DNA of 64,000 nt from Pseudonocardia sp. (GTDB lineage: Bacteria; Actinomycetota; Actinomycetes; Mycobacteriales; Pseudonocardiaceae), in contig JBQTKB010000017.1 of the NCBI GenBank assembly GCA_052386505.1, forward strand, positions 6,236 to 70,235, written 5' to 3'. Positions 8,377 to 20,104 of this stretch are shown here, one piece after another. Position 1 is the stretch's first letter. Every line of letters begins with the position of its first letter. The position numbers and the translations under genes were made by a program. The notes under the pieces were generated by a model. That model did not search any database. It was not told where the DNA came from and was given only the letters and a program-made list of their open reading frames with translations.

Positions 8377-10176
8377 TCAGCGCTTCTGCCAGGCGAACGC
8401 GTTCCACAGCACCCCGCCGGTGGCCCCGACGTAGCTGACCGGGCCGATGTCCCGCACCGACGCGGAGAAGTCGGGGAGCGAGAACAGCGGCAGGCTGTGC
8501 AGGTCGCGGGCCATCAGCGCGTCGGCCTCGTTCAGGGTGGCCTGGCGCTGGTCGAAGTCGAGCTGGGTGTTCGCCTTGGCCAGCAGGTCGTCGACGGCCG
8601 GGTTGCTGTAGTTGTTGTAGTTGGCCGCCCCGCCGCGGGACTTGCTGGAGTAGTTTCCGGTGATCGAGGACTTGATCGAGCCACCGACCCAGGCGAACAG
8701 CGCGGCGTCGAAGTCGCCGGCCGGGAGCAGCTGGTCGTTGAACGCCTCCTGCCCGTCACCGATGACCTCGATGCCAGCCGGCTTGCAGCTGCCGGCGATC
8801 AGCTGCACGGTCTGCGCGCGGCGGTCGACCAGCTTGTGGCCGATCCGGATGCTGGCCCGCTGGGCGCCCTTGGCGTAGATCCCGTCCGGGCCGAGCACCC
8901 AGCCTCCGGTTTCCATCAGCGTCTTGGCGGCCGCCACGTCACCGGTGCCGATCCCGGCGTAGTGGTCGACATAACCGGACTCGCCCGGGTTGAGCAGCAG
9001 GTTGCCCAGCGGAGCGGCGTTGGGGTCGACGCCGCGGATCAGCTTGGCCACGATGTCCTCGCGGTTGACACACGCCGCGAAGGCCTTGCGCAGCTCGGGG
9101 TTGTCCCGGAACAGCGGGCGGGCCATGTTGAAGTCGATGTGCTCGAAGGTCTGGCCGGCCCGGGCGAACACCGCGAAGTCACCACCGGCGCGCACCTGCT
9201 CGGCGATCGCCGGGTCGGCCTGCGGCTGGATGACCTGTACCTCCTTGTTCAGCAGCTTCTGCACCGCCGACTGGGAGTCGGTCACCGCCGTCGCGGTGAT
9301 CCGCGCCGGCCCACCGGGATTGCCCCACCACCTGTCGTTGCGGACCAGCACGATCTCCTGGTTGCGGGTGGCCCGCTCGATCCGGTACGGGCCGGCGCTC
9401 AGGGCCACCGTCGGGTCGAAGTCGGTCCAGCCCTTGGTGAAGAACTGGCCGGCCCGGCGGACCTCCGGGGTGTCGCGATCCACCGGCAGCTTCGTGATGT
9501 CCGGGATGCCCGCGCGCTGCTCCAGGATGTGCGCCGGCAGCAGCTGGCCGCCGGACTGTGAGGCGATCGACCAGAGGCCGCGGTAGTCGGCGTACGGCAT
9601 GGAGAAGGTGGCGGTGACCGTCCGCCCGTCCGGGGAGCAGTCGAGCTTCGAGACCTGGTCGTACCCGGTCGGGCCGGAGTCGAACACCTGGGCCGCGCCG
9701 TCCCGGGCCGGGCTGCGAGCGGCCAGGTACAGCAGATACATGTCGTCGCAGTCGACCGGGGCGCCGTCCGACCACACCGCCTCCGGTCGCCACTTCCATT
9801 CCACCACCTGCGGGTTCTGCGAGGTGACGGTGACCGACTCCATGTAGTCGCGGTCCAGCTTGAGGGTGAAGTCGGCGTCGACGAAGTACGGCGACGGCGT
9901 CCACAGCGGGACGAAGTACTGGTTGGCCAGGCTGTTGGCCGCGCCGGTGTTGTTGTTGTAGTCCTGGAAGCTCTCGTCGACGGTGATCGCCACGTCGCCG
10001 AGGTCGGGCACCTGGGGTCGGGTGAACGGCGCGTCGACGGCGCCGATGGCGTCGGGCGCCAGGTTCTGCTGCTCGGCCGGGCCGCCGCCGGTGGCCGTGG
10101 TGCCGCCACCGCAGGCGGTGACCGCCGCGACCGCCAGCACGGCGAGCGCGGCACCCATCCGGGAACGGTTCGTCAT
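8377..10176 (-). CDS. ABC family 5 substrate-binding lipoprotein (OppA-like)
   Basis: Lipobox AVTAC, SAGPYRIE and LVRNDRWWG. Probable ATG 10176 with a GGAGG RBS. Confidence 0.9.
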   Translation of the reverse strand: MTNRSRMGAALAVLAVAAVTACGGGTTATGGGPAEQQNLAPDAIGAVDAPFTRPQVPDLGDVAITVDESFQDYNNNTGAANSLANQYFVPLWTPSPYFVDADFTLKLDRDYMESVTVTSQNPQVVEWKWRPEAVWSDGAPVDCDDMYLLYLAARSPARDGAAQVFDSGPTGYDQVSKLDCSPDGRTVTATFSMPYADYRGLWSIASQSGGQLLPAHILEQRAGIPDITKLPVDRDTPEVRRAGQFFTKGWTDFDPTVALSAGPYRIERATRNQEIVLVRNDRWWGNPGGPARITATAVTDSQSAVQKLLNKEVQVIQPQADPAIAEQVRAGGDFAVFARAGQTFEHIDFNMARPLFRDNPELRKAFAACVNREDIVAKLIRGVDPNAAPLGNLLLNPGESGYVDHYAGIGTGDVAAAKTLMETGGWVLGPDGIYAKGAQRASIRIGHKLVDRRAQTVQLIAGSCKPAGIEVIGDGQEAFNDQLLPAGDFDAALFAWVGGSIKSSITGNYSSKSRGGAANYNNYSNPAVDDLLAKANTQLDFDQRQATLNEADALMARDLHSLPLFSLPDFSASVRDIGPVSYVGATGGVLWNAFAWQKR

Positions 10177-10346
10177 CGGCACTGCGGCCTCCAAGGTGGC
10201 GTGGCGCGCCGCGGGCGGTGGCGACGGCGGTGCAGGGATTGTGGCCGACCGCCCGACGCCGGGCTACAGGTACCTGCCGAACCAACCGGTGATCGCCGGC
10301 CACGCCTGCCGGCGGACGGGCAGAGCCGGGCGCGGCTCCCGCCGGG

Positions 10347-12377
10347 TCAGCCGGCGACCGGCCGCCAGTCGGGCGCCGCCGCGATCGGGCCGAGCAGCAG
10401 GGGGCCGGGTCCGATCCCGCCGGTGGCGCGATCGCCCTCCGGGGTGCTGGCCAGCGTCGTGACCACCTGGAACAGCGGGATCGTGGGCAGCTGTCGCCAC
10501 AGCACCGGGTCGATCGCGGTGGCCGCCTGTTCTGGCGTCAGACCGGTGCTCAGCGCCGCGTCGAGCACCGGCTGCAATTCGACCGAGCAGAACCCGGTGG
10601 CGTTGCGCGCGGGCTGGTCGACCCCGGCCATGCCCGGCGGGCAGCCGAAGCTGGACACCGCCTCGGCGGCCAGGTCACCGCCGACCTGCCGGGGCAGCAC
10701 CTCCAGGTCGACCCGGGTGCCGGCCGGCGCCGGCTCGATCACCCCGGACGACGGCCCGGCGGACGAGGTCGGCGGCCCGGCGGACGAGGACGGCGGCCCG
10801 GCGGACGAGGACGACGGCCCGGCGGACGAGGTCGGTGGCCCGGTGGCCGCGACCGGGGGGAGTTCGGGGGACGGACCGGGACCCGGTGTCGCGGTGGCGG
10901 ACGGCGACCCGGCGGGCCCCGGAGTGGCCGGCCCCGCGGTCGCGGGCGCGGACGGTCCGGCGACACCGCCGGTCGGCGCGGGCGCCGGCGGCAGGGTCGG
11001 CTCGGTGTAGAGCACCGAACCCGGCGGGCTCACCACCTGTGCTTCCACCCCGGCCGCCGCGAGCTGGCGGCGGGTTTCCTCGGCGACCTCGGCGAACCGC
11101 AGCCGCCCGGCCGGGGTACCGATGGTGATCCGCAGCGGCGTGCCCAGCAGCGTCCACCGCCCGGCGGCGTCCCGCTGGTAACCGGCGTCGGTGAGCAGCT
11201 GCTCGGCCAGCTCCGGATCCGGCCGGCCCGGCGAACCGGCGGGCATCGTGGGCCGGTAGCCGGGGGTGGTCGGGGCCAGCAGCTGCGAGTCGACCCGCAC
11301 CCCGCCCGCGCCGTTGCCGGTGCCGACCGCGATCAGCGCGTCCCGGTCCAGCATGGCGGCCACCGCGCGGCGGATCCGCACATCGGCGAGCACCCCGGCG
11401 TCGGTGCGCAGGCCGAGCTGCACCACCATCGGTTGGGCGACCGGCTGCAGCCGCACAGCTGCCGGGGTGGTCGGGGGCGTTCCCGGCCCGGGGGTGGCCA
11501 GCTGCCGCAGGGCGGCCAGCCCGGCCTCGTTCGGCCAGGCCAGCGCCAGCGGGAGCGAGCCGCTGCGCAGGCCGTCGAGCGTGCCGGTGGGGTCCGACCG
11601 GCGCAGCACCAGGCTGTCCAGCACGGCCGGGGTGGCCCAGTAGTGGTCGTTGCGGGACAGCACCAGCTGGCCGCGGTCCCGGTCGACCGCGGTGAGCTGG
11701 AAGGGCCCGCCGGACACCGGGATGTTCTCGGCCAGCGCGCTGCTCCAGCTGCGCGGCGCGTTCTTCAGCAGGCTGGCCGGCAGCAGATGGGAGAACAGCC
11801 GCTGCCACTGCGGGTAGGCCCGGGAGAACACCACGTCGACGGCCTTGCCGCCGGCCCGTGAGCGCACGTCGGTGATCAGCTGGTAGCCGGCGGCGTCGAC
11901 CACTCCGGGCTCGCGGCGCATCCGCTCCCAGAGGTAGACGAAGTCCTCAGCGGCGATCGGGGTGTTGTCCGACCAGGATGCGGTCAACGACAACTCGTAG
12001 CTCACCGTGAACGGCGCGGTGGAGACCACCTTCGCGCTGCTGGCCACCGTGGTGTCCAGGACGGGTGCTCCGTCCGGGCCCGGCCGGAACACCGAGGGCA
12101 GCACCAGCGACGCCACCGCGGCCGACACCGGTGAGAGGTCCGACAGCAGGTGCGGGTTGAACCCGGGGCCGAGGTCGTCGACCGCGACCACGAGCTGGCG
12201 CTGCTCGGTGGGCACCGGCGGGGGCGGGGACGGCGGTGCCGCCGGGATGGCCTCCGGCGGGAGCGCGTCGGCGCAGCCGCCGAGCAGGCCGACCAGCACC
12301 AGCACGACCACGAGCCACCAACCGGGGCGGGCCTGACGCACGCCATCGACCTCCTGCTCGCGTGGGCGGGACACCAT
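10347..12377 (-). CDS. SBP family 5 lipoprotein, LpqW-like
   Basis: Lipobox LLGGC, GFNPHLLSD, VSGGPF and RNDHYW. It sits directly after typA, as lpqW does in mycobacteria (synteny inference). Has a Pro/Ser-rich insert. Confidence 0.75.
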   Translation of the reverse strand: MVSRPREQEVDGVRQARPGWWLVVVLVLVGLLGGCADALPPEAIPAAPPSPPPPVPTEQRQLVVAVDDLGPGFNPHLLSDLSPVSAAVASLVLPSVFRPGPDGAPVLDTTVASSAKVVSTAPFTVSYELSLTASWSDNTPIAAEDFVYLWERMRREPGVVDAAGYQLITDVRSRAGGKAVDVVFSRAYPQWQRLFSHLLPASLLKNAPRSWSSALAENIPVSGGPFQLTAVDRDRGQLVLSRNDHYWATPAVLDSLVLRRSDPTGTLDGLRSGSLPLALAWPNEAGLAALRQLATPGPGTPPTTPAAVRLQPVAQPMVVQLGLRTDAGVLADVRIRRAVAAMLDRDALIAVGTGNGAGGVRVDSQLLAPTTPGYRPTMPAGSPGRPDPELAEQLLTDAGYQRDAAGRWTLLGTPLRITIGTPAGRLRFAEVAEETRRQLAAAGVEAQVVSPPGSVLYTEPTLPPAPAPTGGVAGPSAPATAGPATPGPAGSPSATATPGPGPSPELPPVAATGPPTSSAGPSSSSAGPPSSSAGPPTSSAGPSSGVIEPAPAGTRVDLEVLPRQVGGDLAAEAVSSFGCPPGMAGVDQPARNATGFCSVELQPVLDAALSTGLTPEQAATAIDPVLWRQLPTIPLFQVVTTLASTPEGDRATGGIGPGPLLLGPIAAAPDWRPVAG
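10753..10836. repeat. 21-bp tandem repeat x4 (GGCCCGGCGGACGAGG...) encoding SSAGP-containing units
   Basis: Read directly. Confidence 0.88.
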
Positions 12378-12429
12378 CCTCCCAAACCCGCCCTACCGTC
12401 GGCCGGCAGGCCCGCCGGCCGGGATGCCG

Positions 12430-14298
<1,869 letters not shown>

Positions 14299-14686
14299 AC
14301 ACGTGCGGGGGCGGTCTGGGGCCTGAGCGGGCACGCGGGTACTCCTGAAGGGGGAAGGGCGGTGGCTCCAGGGTACCCGCACGGTTACCGCGCGCCGTCG
14401 CCGCGGCCCGGTGACCTGCGTCCCGTCCGGCCGTCGCGAGGACGCCGCGGGGCCGCCGCAGGGGCGCCGCGGGGCCGCCGACGTGCGCTGGCCCGCGCCA
14501 CCGACCGCGCACCGCTCACCGCCCCTCCATGATCAACAGCACCACATGGCTGGCGAACCATGATCGAACAGCCACGGCGTGCCGCTCGGCGAACAACGCG
14601 AGAGCGTGCCGCTCGGCCAAGGGGCCGGGGCGAGCGAATCGGCCGATCGAACATCGGTCCGAGGAGGGTGGGCGAGGTCAGGGACC

Positions 14687-15157
<471 letters not shown>

Positions 15158-15180
15158 CGCCCCACCCTCCCGCGCGACGC

Positions 15181-15616
15181 TCAACGGTCTCCCACCCGAT
15201 AGCCGTGGCCGCGCACCGTGCGCAGCAGATCGTCGGCGCCCACGGCCTGCAGCTTGCGGCGCAGGTAGCCGAGGTAGACCTCCACCGCGTTGCGACTGGC
15301 CGCCTGCTCGCCACCCCAGGCCAGCCGGAGCAGCTCGTCCTTGCTCAATACCACGTCGGGCCGGCTGGCCAGGGCGTAGAGCACCGCGAACTCCCGCGGG
15401 CTCAGCTCCACCGCCCGACCACCCCAGCTCACCTCCTTGGTCGTCGGGCCGACCTGCAGCTCGCCGAGTTGCAGCCGGCGTGTCGACCCCCTGTGCCCGC
15501 AGCTGCTGGAGCACCCCAGAGCCGGACAGCCCGGGGACGAAACCCTCCGCGGTCAGGCGGCGGTGCAGTGCGGTACGTACTCCGGGCTCGTCGTCGACCA
15601 CCAACACTCTGGACAT
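15181..15616 (-). pseudogene. OmpR-family response regulator remnant (two internal deletions plus frameshift)
   Basis: MSRVLVVDDEPGVRTAL...AEGF joins directly to PGLSG...LRAQGVDTP, then shifts frame into RLQLGEL...ELSPREFAVL...VEVYLGYLRRKL...RTVRGHGY. Only 436 nt, against about 680 nt for an intact gene. Confidence 0.85.
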
Positions 15617-15712
15617 CACGGCAAAGCTACGCCCGCCCCGGCCCCGGATCACGCTTCTCAGGTTCTTCTCAGCCGGTTTCCGGGTCGTGGCCCGGTGCGG
15701 GATCATGGCCGG

Positions 15713-16018
15713 ATGCCTCAGCTACTCGATGACGACGGTGTCCAGCGAGCCCTACGCGACCTGCCCGGATGGGAGCGTGACGGCGATGCCCTGACCCGCA
15801 CCGCCGCGCTGCCGAGCTTCCCGACCGCGATCGCGGTGGTGGACGAGGTCGCCGCCCTGGCCGAGCGCGCCGACCACCACCCGGACATTGACATCCGGTG
15901 GCGCACGCTCACCTTCCGGTGCTCGACCCACTCGGCCGGCGGGATCACCGACCTGGACGTCCGCCTCGCGGCGAGCATTTCCGCCGTCCTACACAACGCT
16001 CAACAAGTGACCCAGTGA
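15713..16018 (+). CDS. Pterin-4-alpha-carbinolamine dehydratase (4a-hydroxytetrahydrobiopterin dehydratase)
   Basis: AERADHHPDI and STHSAGGITDLD signature motifs. Confidence 0.93.
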   Translation: MPQLLDDDGVQRALRDLPGWERDGDALTRTAALPSFPTAIAVVDEVAALAERADHHPDIDIRWRTLTFRCSTHSAGGITDLDVRLAASISAVLHNAQQVTQ

Positions 16019-16203
16019 CCCTTTTGGCCTAGCAGTAACTACGTCTCGACTGCACAGCGTAGAGAATCCCCCGAATGCGACTCGGCTTCTTCGCCCTATG
16101 TGATTAGCGTGGCGATGCTCTCCCGCGCCCCACCGTAACGGAGAGTGCGGACCTCGACCCCTCCCCGAGCGGGTCCGCCCCGTCCACCTCCAGAAGGCCG
16201 AGT

Positions 16204-18183
16204 GTGTTCGACGACCGCCTCTCCGCTCCCCTCCCCGGACGGTCACCCGTAGCCGACCCGCCGGGCGTGCCCGAGGCACGCGCGGCCGAGACCCGGACCC
16301 GCGTCGTGCTGCACCGGTCCGACCTGGCGGCGCTCATGGGCACGCCCGCCCCACCGCCCGGTCCGGCGCCGGCGCCCGCGCCCGTCGAGCACCGCCCGGC
16401 CCGACGCGCGCTCCCACCCCGGGTCGCCGTCGCGGTCGGGGCGGTCGCCGCGGTCGGAGTGGCGCTGCGCGCGGTGGCCCTCTACGACACCCCGGCTCCG
16501 CTCGCCGACGAGGCGAACCTGGTCACCCAAGTGGCCGAGCTAGCGGCAACCGGCTCGACCGCCGTCAGCGAGTTGTCCGTCCGGATCGGCGTTCTGGCCC
16601 CGGCGCAGCTCGCCGGCCTGACTCGGATCGGCGGCGGGTGGGAGCGCGCACCGAGTGCGCTCGGCGCGCTGCGCGAGGTCAGCCTGCTGTGCTGGCTGGT
16701 CGCCGCGCTGCTGTGTTGGGTCGTCGGCCGCCGGCTGGGCCTGAGCCGGCCGTGGGCACTGGCCGGGGTCGCCGCGCTGGCGCTGTGCCCCATCGGGATC
16801 GGCGTGGCGAGGCTCGCGGTCGCGGAGAACCTGGCCGTCTGCTGGGCGCTCGGCGCGCTGGCGCTCGCCGGCGGCCCGCCCAAGGTCGGCCGGGCCCAGC
16901 TCCGCACCGACCTGTTGATCGCCGGGTTCCTCACCGTCGCGGCGCTGACCGCGCCACTGGCCGCGGTGTTCGCGCCGGTGACCCTGATCGTCGCCAGCCG
17001 GCACGGCGACCTGCGCCGGACGGCGATGCTCGGGCTGCTCTGTTTACCCGGTACTGTGTTCGCGCTGACCGGCACCGGAGCCCTGGCTCCGGCATCTGGC
17101 GCCGGAGGCCCGGCGAGCTGGTTCGCGTCCGGCTGGCTGGGCCGGGACCTGATGACCATCGGCGTTGTGCTGGTCGTGGTGCTGGTCGGGCTCTGGCTGG
17201 CGCGCTGGCGGGCCTTCGGTGTCGGGATCGTGCTGGTCGCGGTGCTGGCCGCCGCGCTGAGCCTGCCCGCCGACGCGGTGTACCCGTTGGTGCTGCCGCT
17301 GGCAGCGCTGGGCCTGGCGGGCATCGGTCAGGACCGCGCCGCGTCGCTGTCCGGCCACCGACCCGGCTGGGTGGTCCCCGCCGGGATGGTCGGCGCCCTC
17401 GCACTGGGCTGGTCGGCCAACCTGGCCGCGCTGCCCGAGGCCACCGCCCCACCCCCCACCGAATGGGCCCGGGACTGGCTGCGCGGCAACGTGTCGGCGA
17501 CCGAGCGGGTGATGACCGACGACGTACGGCGGGTGGCACTGACCGCCGGCGGGGGCGACTGGTCCCGGGTGGGCACCCCTGCCGGGTGCGCCCGGCAGGC
17601 GCTGCTGTCCGCGGCCGCCACCCCGGCGGCGCGCTGCGCCGACGCCGACTGGTGGGTGCTGTCCGGTGACCCGGGCCAGGGCCAAGGGCCGGGCCCGGGA
17701 GCCACGCTGGTCGCCCGCTTCGGCAGCGACGGGTCCGCCGACCGGATCGAGATCTGGTCCACCCGCCTGGCCGACAGCGCTCCGGAGCGGGAGGCGCTCG
17801 GCCGGCGGGCCGCCGGCCAGATGCTCACCGCGTCCCCCCAGCTGGAGATCTCGGACGAGCTGGCCGCGCACCTGCGCGCCGGGTCGCTCGACTCCAGGGC
17901 GGCCACCGCGCTCGGCGCGTTGCTCACCGAGCAGCCGGTCCGGCTGATCGGGCTGCCGGAGATCGGCGGCGAGCAGGCGATCGGCCGGCCGCTGCGCCAG
18001 TTACTGATCGCCGGAAGTCCCCGAAGCGGTTCGGGTAACGCCGAGCAGCGGATCGTCGAATTCTTCACTGCGCAGCTGGCCCCGTTCCGGCCCTACTCCA
18101 TGGCAACCACTCCGGACGGCGTGCTCGTCCGCTACTCCCCGCAGGGCCCGCCGGGCCTGCTCGACTCCCTGCTCACCCGCTGA
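16204..18183 (+). CDS. Polytopic membrane protein, probable GT-C (ArnT/PMT-like) glycosyltransferase with extracytoplasmic C-terminal domain
   Basis: About 10 TM segments, a DE pair in the first loop (LADEANL) and an RxxxxEN-like motif. The family call is inferred. Confidence 0.5.
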   Translation: MFDDRLSAPLPGRSPVADPPGVPEARAAETRTRVVLHRSDLAALMGTPAPPPGPAPAPAPVEHRPARRALPPRVAVAVGAVAAVGVALRAVALYDTPAPLADEANLVTQVAELAATGSTAVSELSVRIGVLAPAQLAGLTRIGGGWERAPSALGALREVSLLCWLVAALLCWVVGRRLGLSRPWALAGVAALALCPIGIGVARLAVAENLAVCWALGALALAGGPPKVGRAQLRTDLLIAGFLTVAALTAPLAAVFAPVTLIVASRHGDLRRTAMLGLLCLPGTVFALTGTGALAPASGAGGPASWFASGWLGRDLMTIGVVLVVVLVGLWLARWRAFGVGIVLVAVLAAALSLPADAVYPLVLPLAALGLAGIGQDRAASLSGHRPGWVVPAGMVGALALGWSANLAALPEATAPPPTEWARDWLRGNVSATERVMTDDVRRVALTAGGGDWSRVGTPAGCARQALLSAAATPAARCADADWWVLSGDPGQGQGPGPGATLVARFGSDGSADRIEIWSTRLADSAPEREALGRRAAGQMLTASPQLEISDELAAHLRAGSLDSRAATALGALLTEQPVRLIGLPEIGGEQAIGRPLRQLLIAGSPRSGSGNAEQRIVEFFTAQLAPFRPYSMATTPDGVLVRYSPQGPPGLLDSLLTR

Positions 18184-18223
18184 CCGCGAATCACCACCCA
18201 CCCCACCGAAGAAGGGCTCCACC

Positions 18224-19090
18224 GTGAAGCGCCCCCGCAATAAGACCCTGCTCGCCAGCCTGGCCACCACCGTGGCGGCCGCGCTGCTCACCCTCGCCGG
18301 AGGGGGGGTCGCCCAGGCGGCCGTGGCCGAGGCTCCGGCCGCCGCACCGACCGGCTGGGTGCGCCTGGGGCACCTCTCGCCGAAGACCCCTCCGGTGGAC
18401 ATCTACCTGGCCCCGTTCGGCCAGCCCGAGAAGGTCGCCTTCCGTAAGGCCGCGTACGGCAACGTGACGCCTTACTCGTCCCTGCCACCCGGCGCGTACA
18501 CCGTCTCGATGCGCCCGGCGGACGCCCCGGCCACCTCCACCCCGGCGCTCAGCGCGAACGTCGAGGTCAAGGCCGGCGTCTCCTACACCGCGCTGGTCTT
18601 CGAGAACGGCCAGGACGGCACGATCAAGCCCACCGTGCTCACCGACGACCTGGTGGCACCCAGCTCGGGCAACGGCAAGGTGAGGGTGGTGCAGGCGGTC
18701 ACCGGTAAGGCCCCGATGGAGGTCGCGGCGGTCGGCGGGCCGACGCTGGCCACCGGTCTGAACTACGGCGACACCTCGCAGTACGTCACGATTCCCGAGG
18801 GCCGCTGGACCATGGCCATCAAGGACGGCGCGACCACCACCGACGCGACCCTCGACGTGCGTTCCGGCTCGGTGAACACCGTGATGGTGGTCAACACCCC
18901 CGGTTCCGGGCTGAAGCTGGCTCCGCTGCGAGACAGCGCCGGCAGCACCCAGGCACCGACCGGTGGGATCGACACCGGTGCCGGCGGCAGCATCCCGCAG
19001 CCGGCGGTCGCGCTGCTACCCGCGCTGCTGGTTGGCGCGCTGGCCGGTTCGGCCACCGTGCTGGTGCTGCGCCGCCGGTCCCGCGCCTGA
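18224..19090 (+). CDS. DUF4397 secreted protein with C-terminal sorting-signal-like tail
   Basis: Signal peptide, VRLGHLSPKTPPVDIY and KVRVVQA repeats, then PTGGIDTGAGG + hydrophobic helix + RRRSR. Confidence 0.8.
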   Translation: MKRPRNKTLLASLATTVAAALLTLAGGGVAQAAVAEAPAAAPTGWVRLGHLSPKTPPVDIYLAPFGQPEKVAFRKAAYGNVTPYSSLPPGAYTVSMRPADAPATSTPALSANVEVKAGVSYTALVFENGQDGTIKPTVLTDDLVAPSSGNGKVRVVQAVTGKAPMEVAAVGGPTLATGLNYGDTSQYVTIPEGRWTMAIKDGATTTDATLDVRSGSVNTVMVVNTPGSGLKLAPLRDSAGSTQAPTGGIDTGAGGSIPQPAVALLPALLVGALAGSATVLVLRRRSRA

Positions 19091-19104
19091 GGTCCGGGCA
19101 GGAG

Positions 19105-20031
19105 ATGACCCCACCCGTCACCAGGGCCACGCCGGCCGTCCCGGCGCAGCGCTCGGACTCGCCGCGGCCGTGGGCCGGCGCCCTCCCGGGGGCCGACCCC
19201 GGCTCCGGCACCGTCTCGGAGGCCGACCCCGGCTCCGGCACCGGTTCCGGCCGGAGCGCAGCCGCACCATCACCGGAGCGCGGCATCCTCAGGGCACCGG
19301 TCCGGCGCCGGGCCCGGCGGGCAGCGGCCGGCCGGCCGGGCAGCACCAACCGGACACTGCGGCGGTTGGCCGGTGCCCTGGTGGCTCTCATGCTGATGCA
19401 CGGGGTGGCGGTCGGTGTGCTGCTCGGCCCGCGCTCGGGATGGACCTGGGGGACCGCTCCGGTGCGGTCGCTGGAGGCCGACCCGGGACCGGCCGCCGAC
19501 GACGCGCCCTCGGTCGCGGGCGCGGGCGCGGCACGGCGGGTCCCGGGTGGACCGGCCCCACTGCCGGCCGAGGTCGTGCCGCTGCCGGTGGGCCTGTCGA
19601 TACCGACCATCGGCGTCGACGAGCCTGCGCTGATCAGGCTGGGTCGGGCCGGTGACGGGACGATGCAGGTGCCGGTCGACTACGGCGAGGCCGGTTGGTT
19701 CACCGGCGGGCCCCCGCCCGGCGCACCGGGTCCGGCGGTGATCGCCGGACACGTCGACTCCAAGGCCGGGCCAGCGGTCTTCTTCCGGCTGCGCGAACTG
19801 CGGCCGGGTGACCCGGTGGACGTACGGTTGGACGACGGGACGACAGCCCGGTTCGCGGTCGACGGCGTCCAGCAGTATCCGAAGAACGAGTTCCCGACGG
19901 ACACGGTCTTCGGTCCCGTGCCCGGCAGCGCGCTGCGGCTGATCACCTGCGGCGGCAGCTTCGACCCGGTCGCGGGCTCTTACCGGGACAACATCGTGGT
20001 GTACGCGAGCCCGCGCGGCGACTCCGGCTGA
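19105..20031 (+). CDS. Class F sortase
   Basis: AGWF, VIAGHVDS, LRLITCGG and YRDNIVVYA give the His/Cys/Arg-Asn catalytic set. Confidence 0.92.
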   Translation: MTPPVTRATPAVPAQRSDSPRPWAGALPGADPGSGTVSEADPGSGTGSGRSAAAPSPERGILRAPVRRRARRAAAGRPGSTNRTLRRLAGALVALMLMHGVAVGVLLGPRSGWTWGTAPVRSLEADPGPAADDAPSVAGAGAARRVPGGPAPLPAEVVPLPVGLSIPTIGVDEPALIRLGRAGDGTMQVPVDYGEAGWFTGGPPPGAPGPAVIAGHVDSKAGPAVFFRLRELRPGDPVDVRLDDGTTARFAVDGVQQYPKNEFPTDTVFGPVPGSALRLITCGGSFDPVAGSYRDNIVVYASPRGDSG

Positions 20032-20104
20032 ACCCCGGTCGCCTCGACCGTCACGCCCGTGCGCCCCGCCGACCGTCCGGCGGGGCGCAAGGTCGTGTGC
20101 GGGC

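Noticed and set aside
14300-14686. Small ORFs in the typA-NUDIX gap (14385-14654, 14533-14775)
   Set aside because: Arg/Pro-rich translations with no motif, RBS or codon signal.
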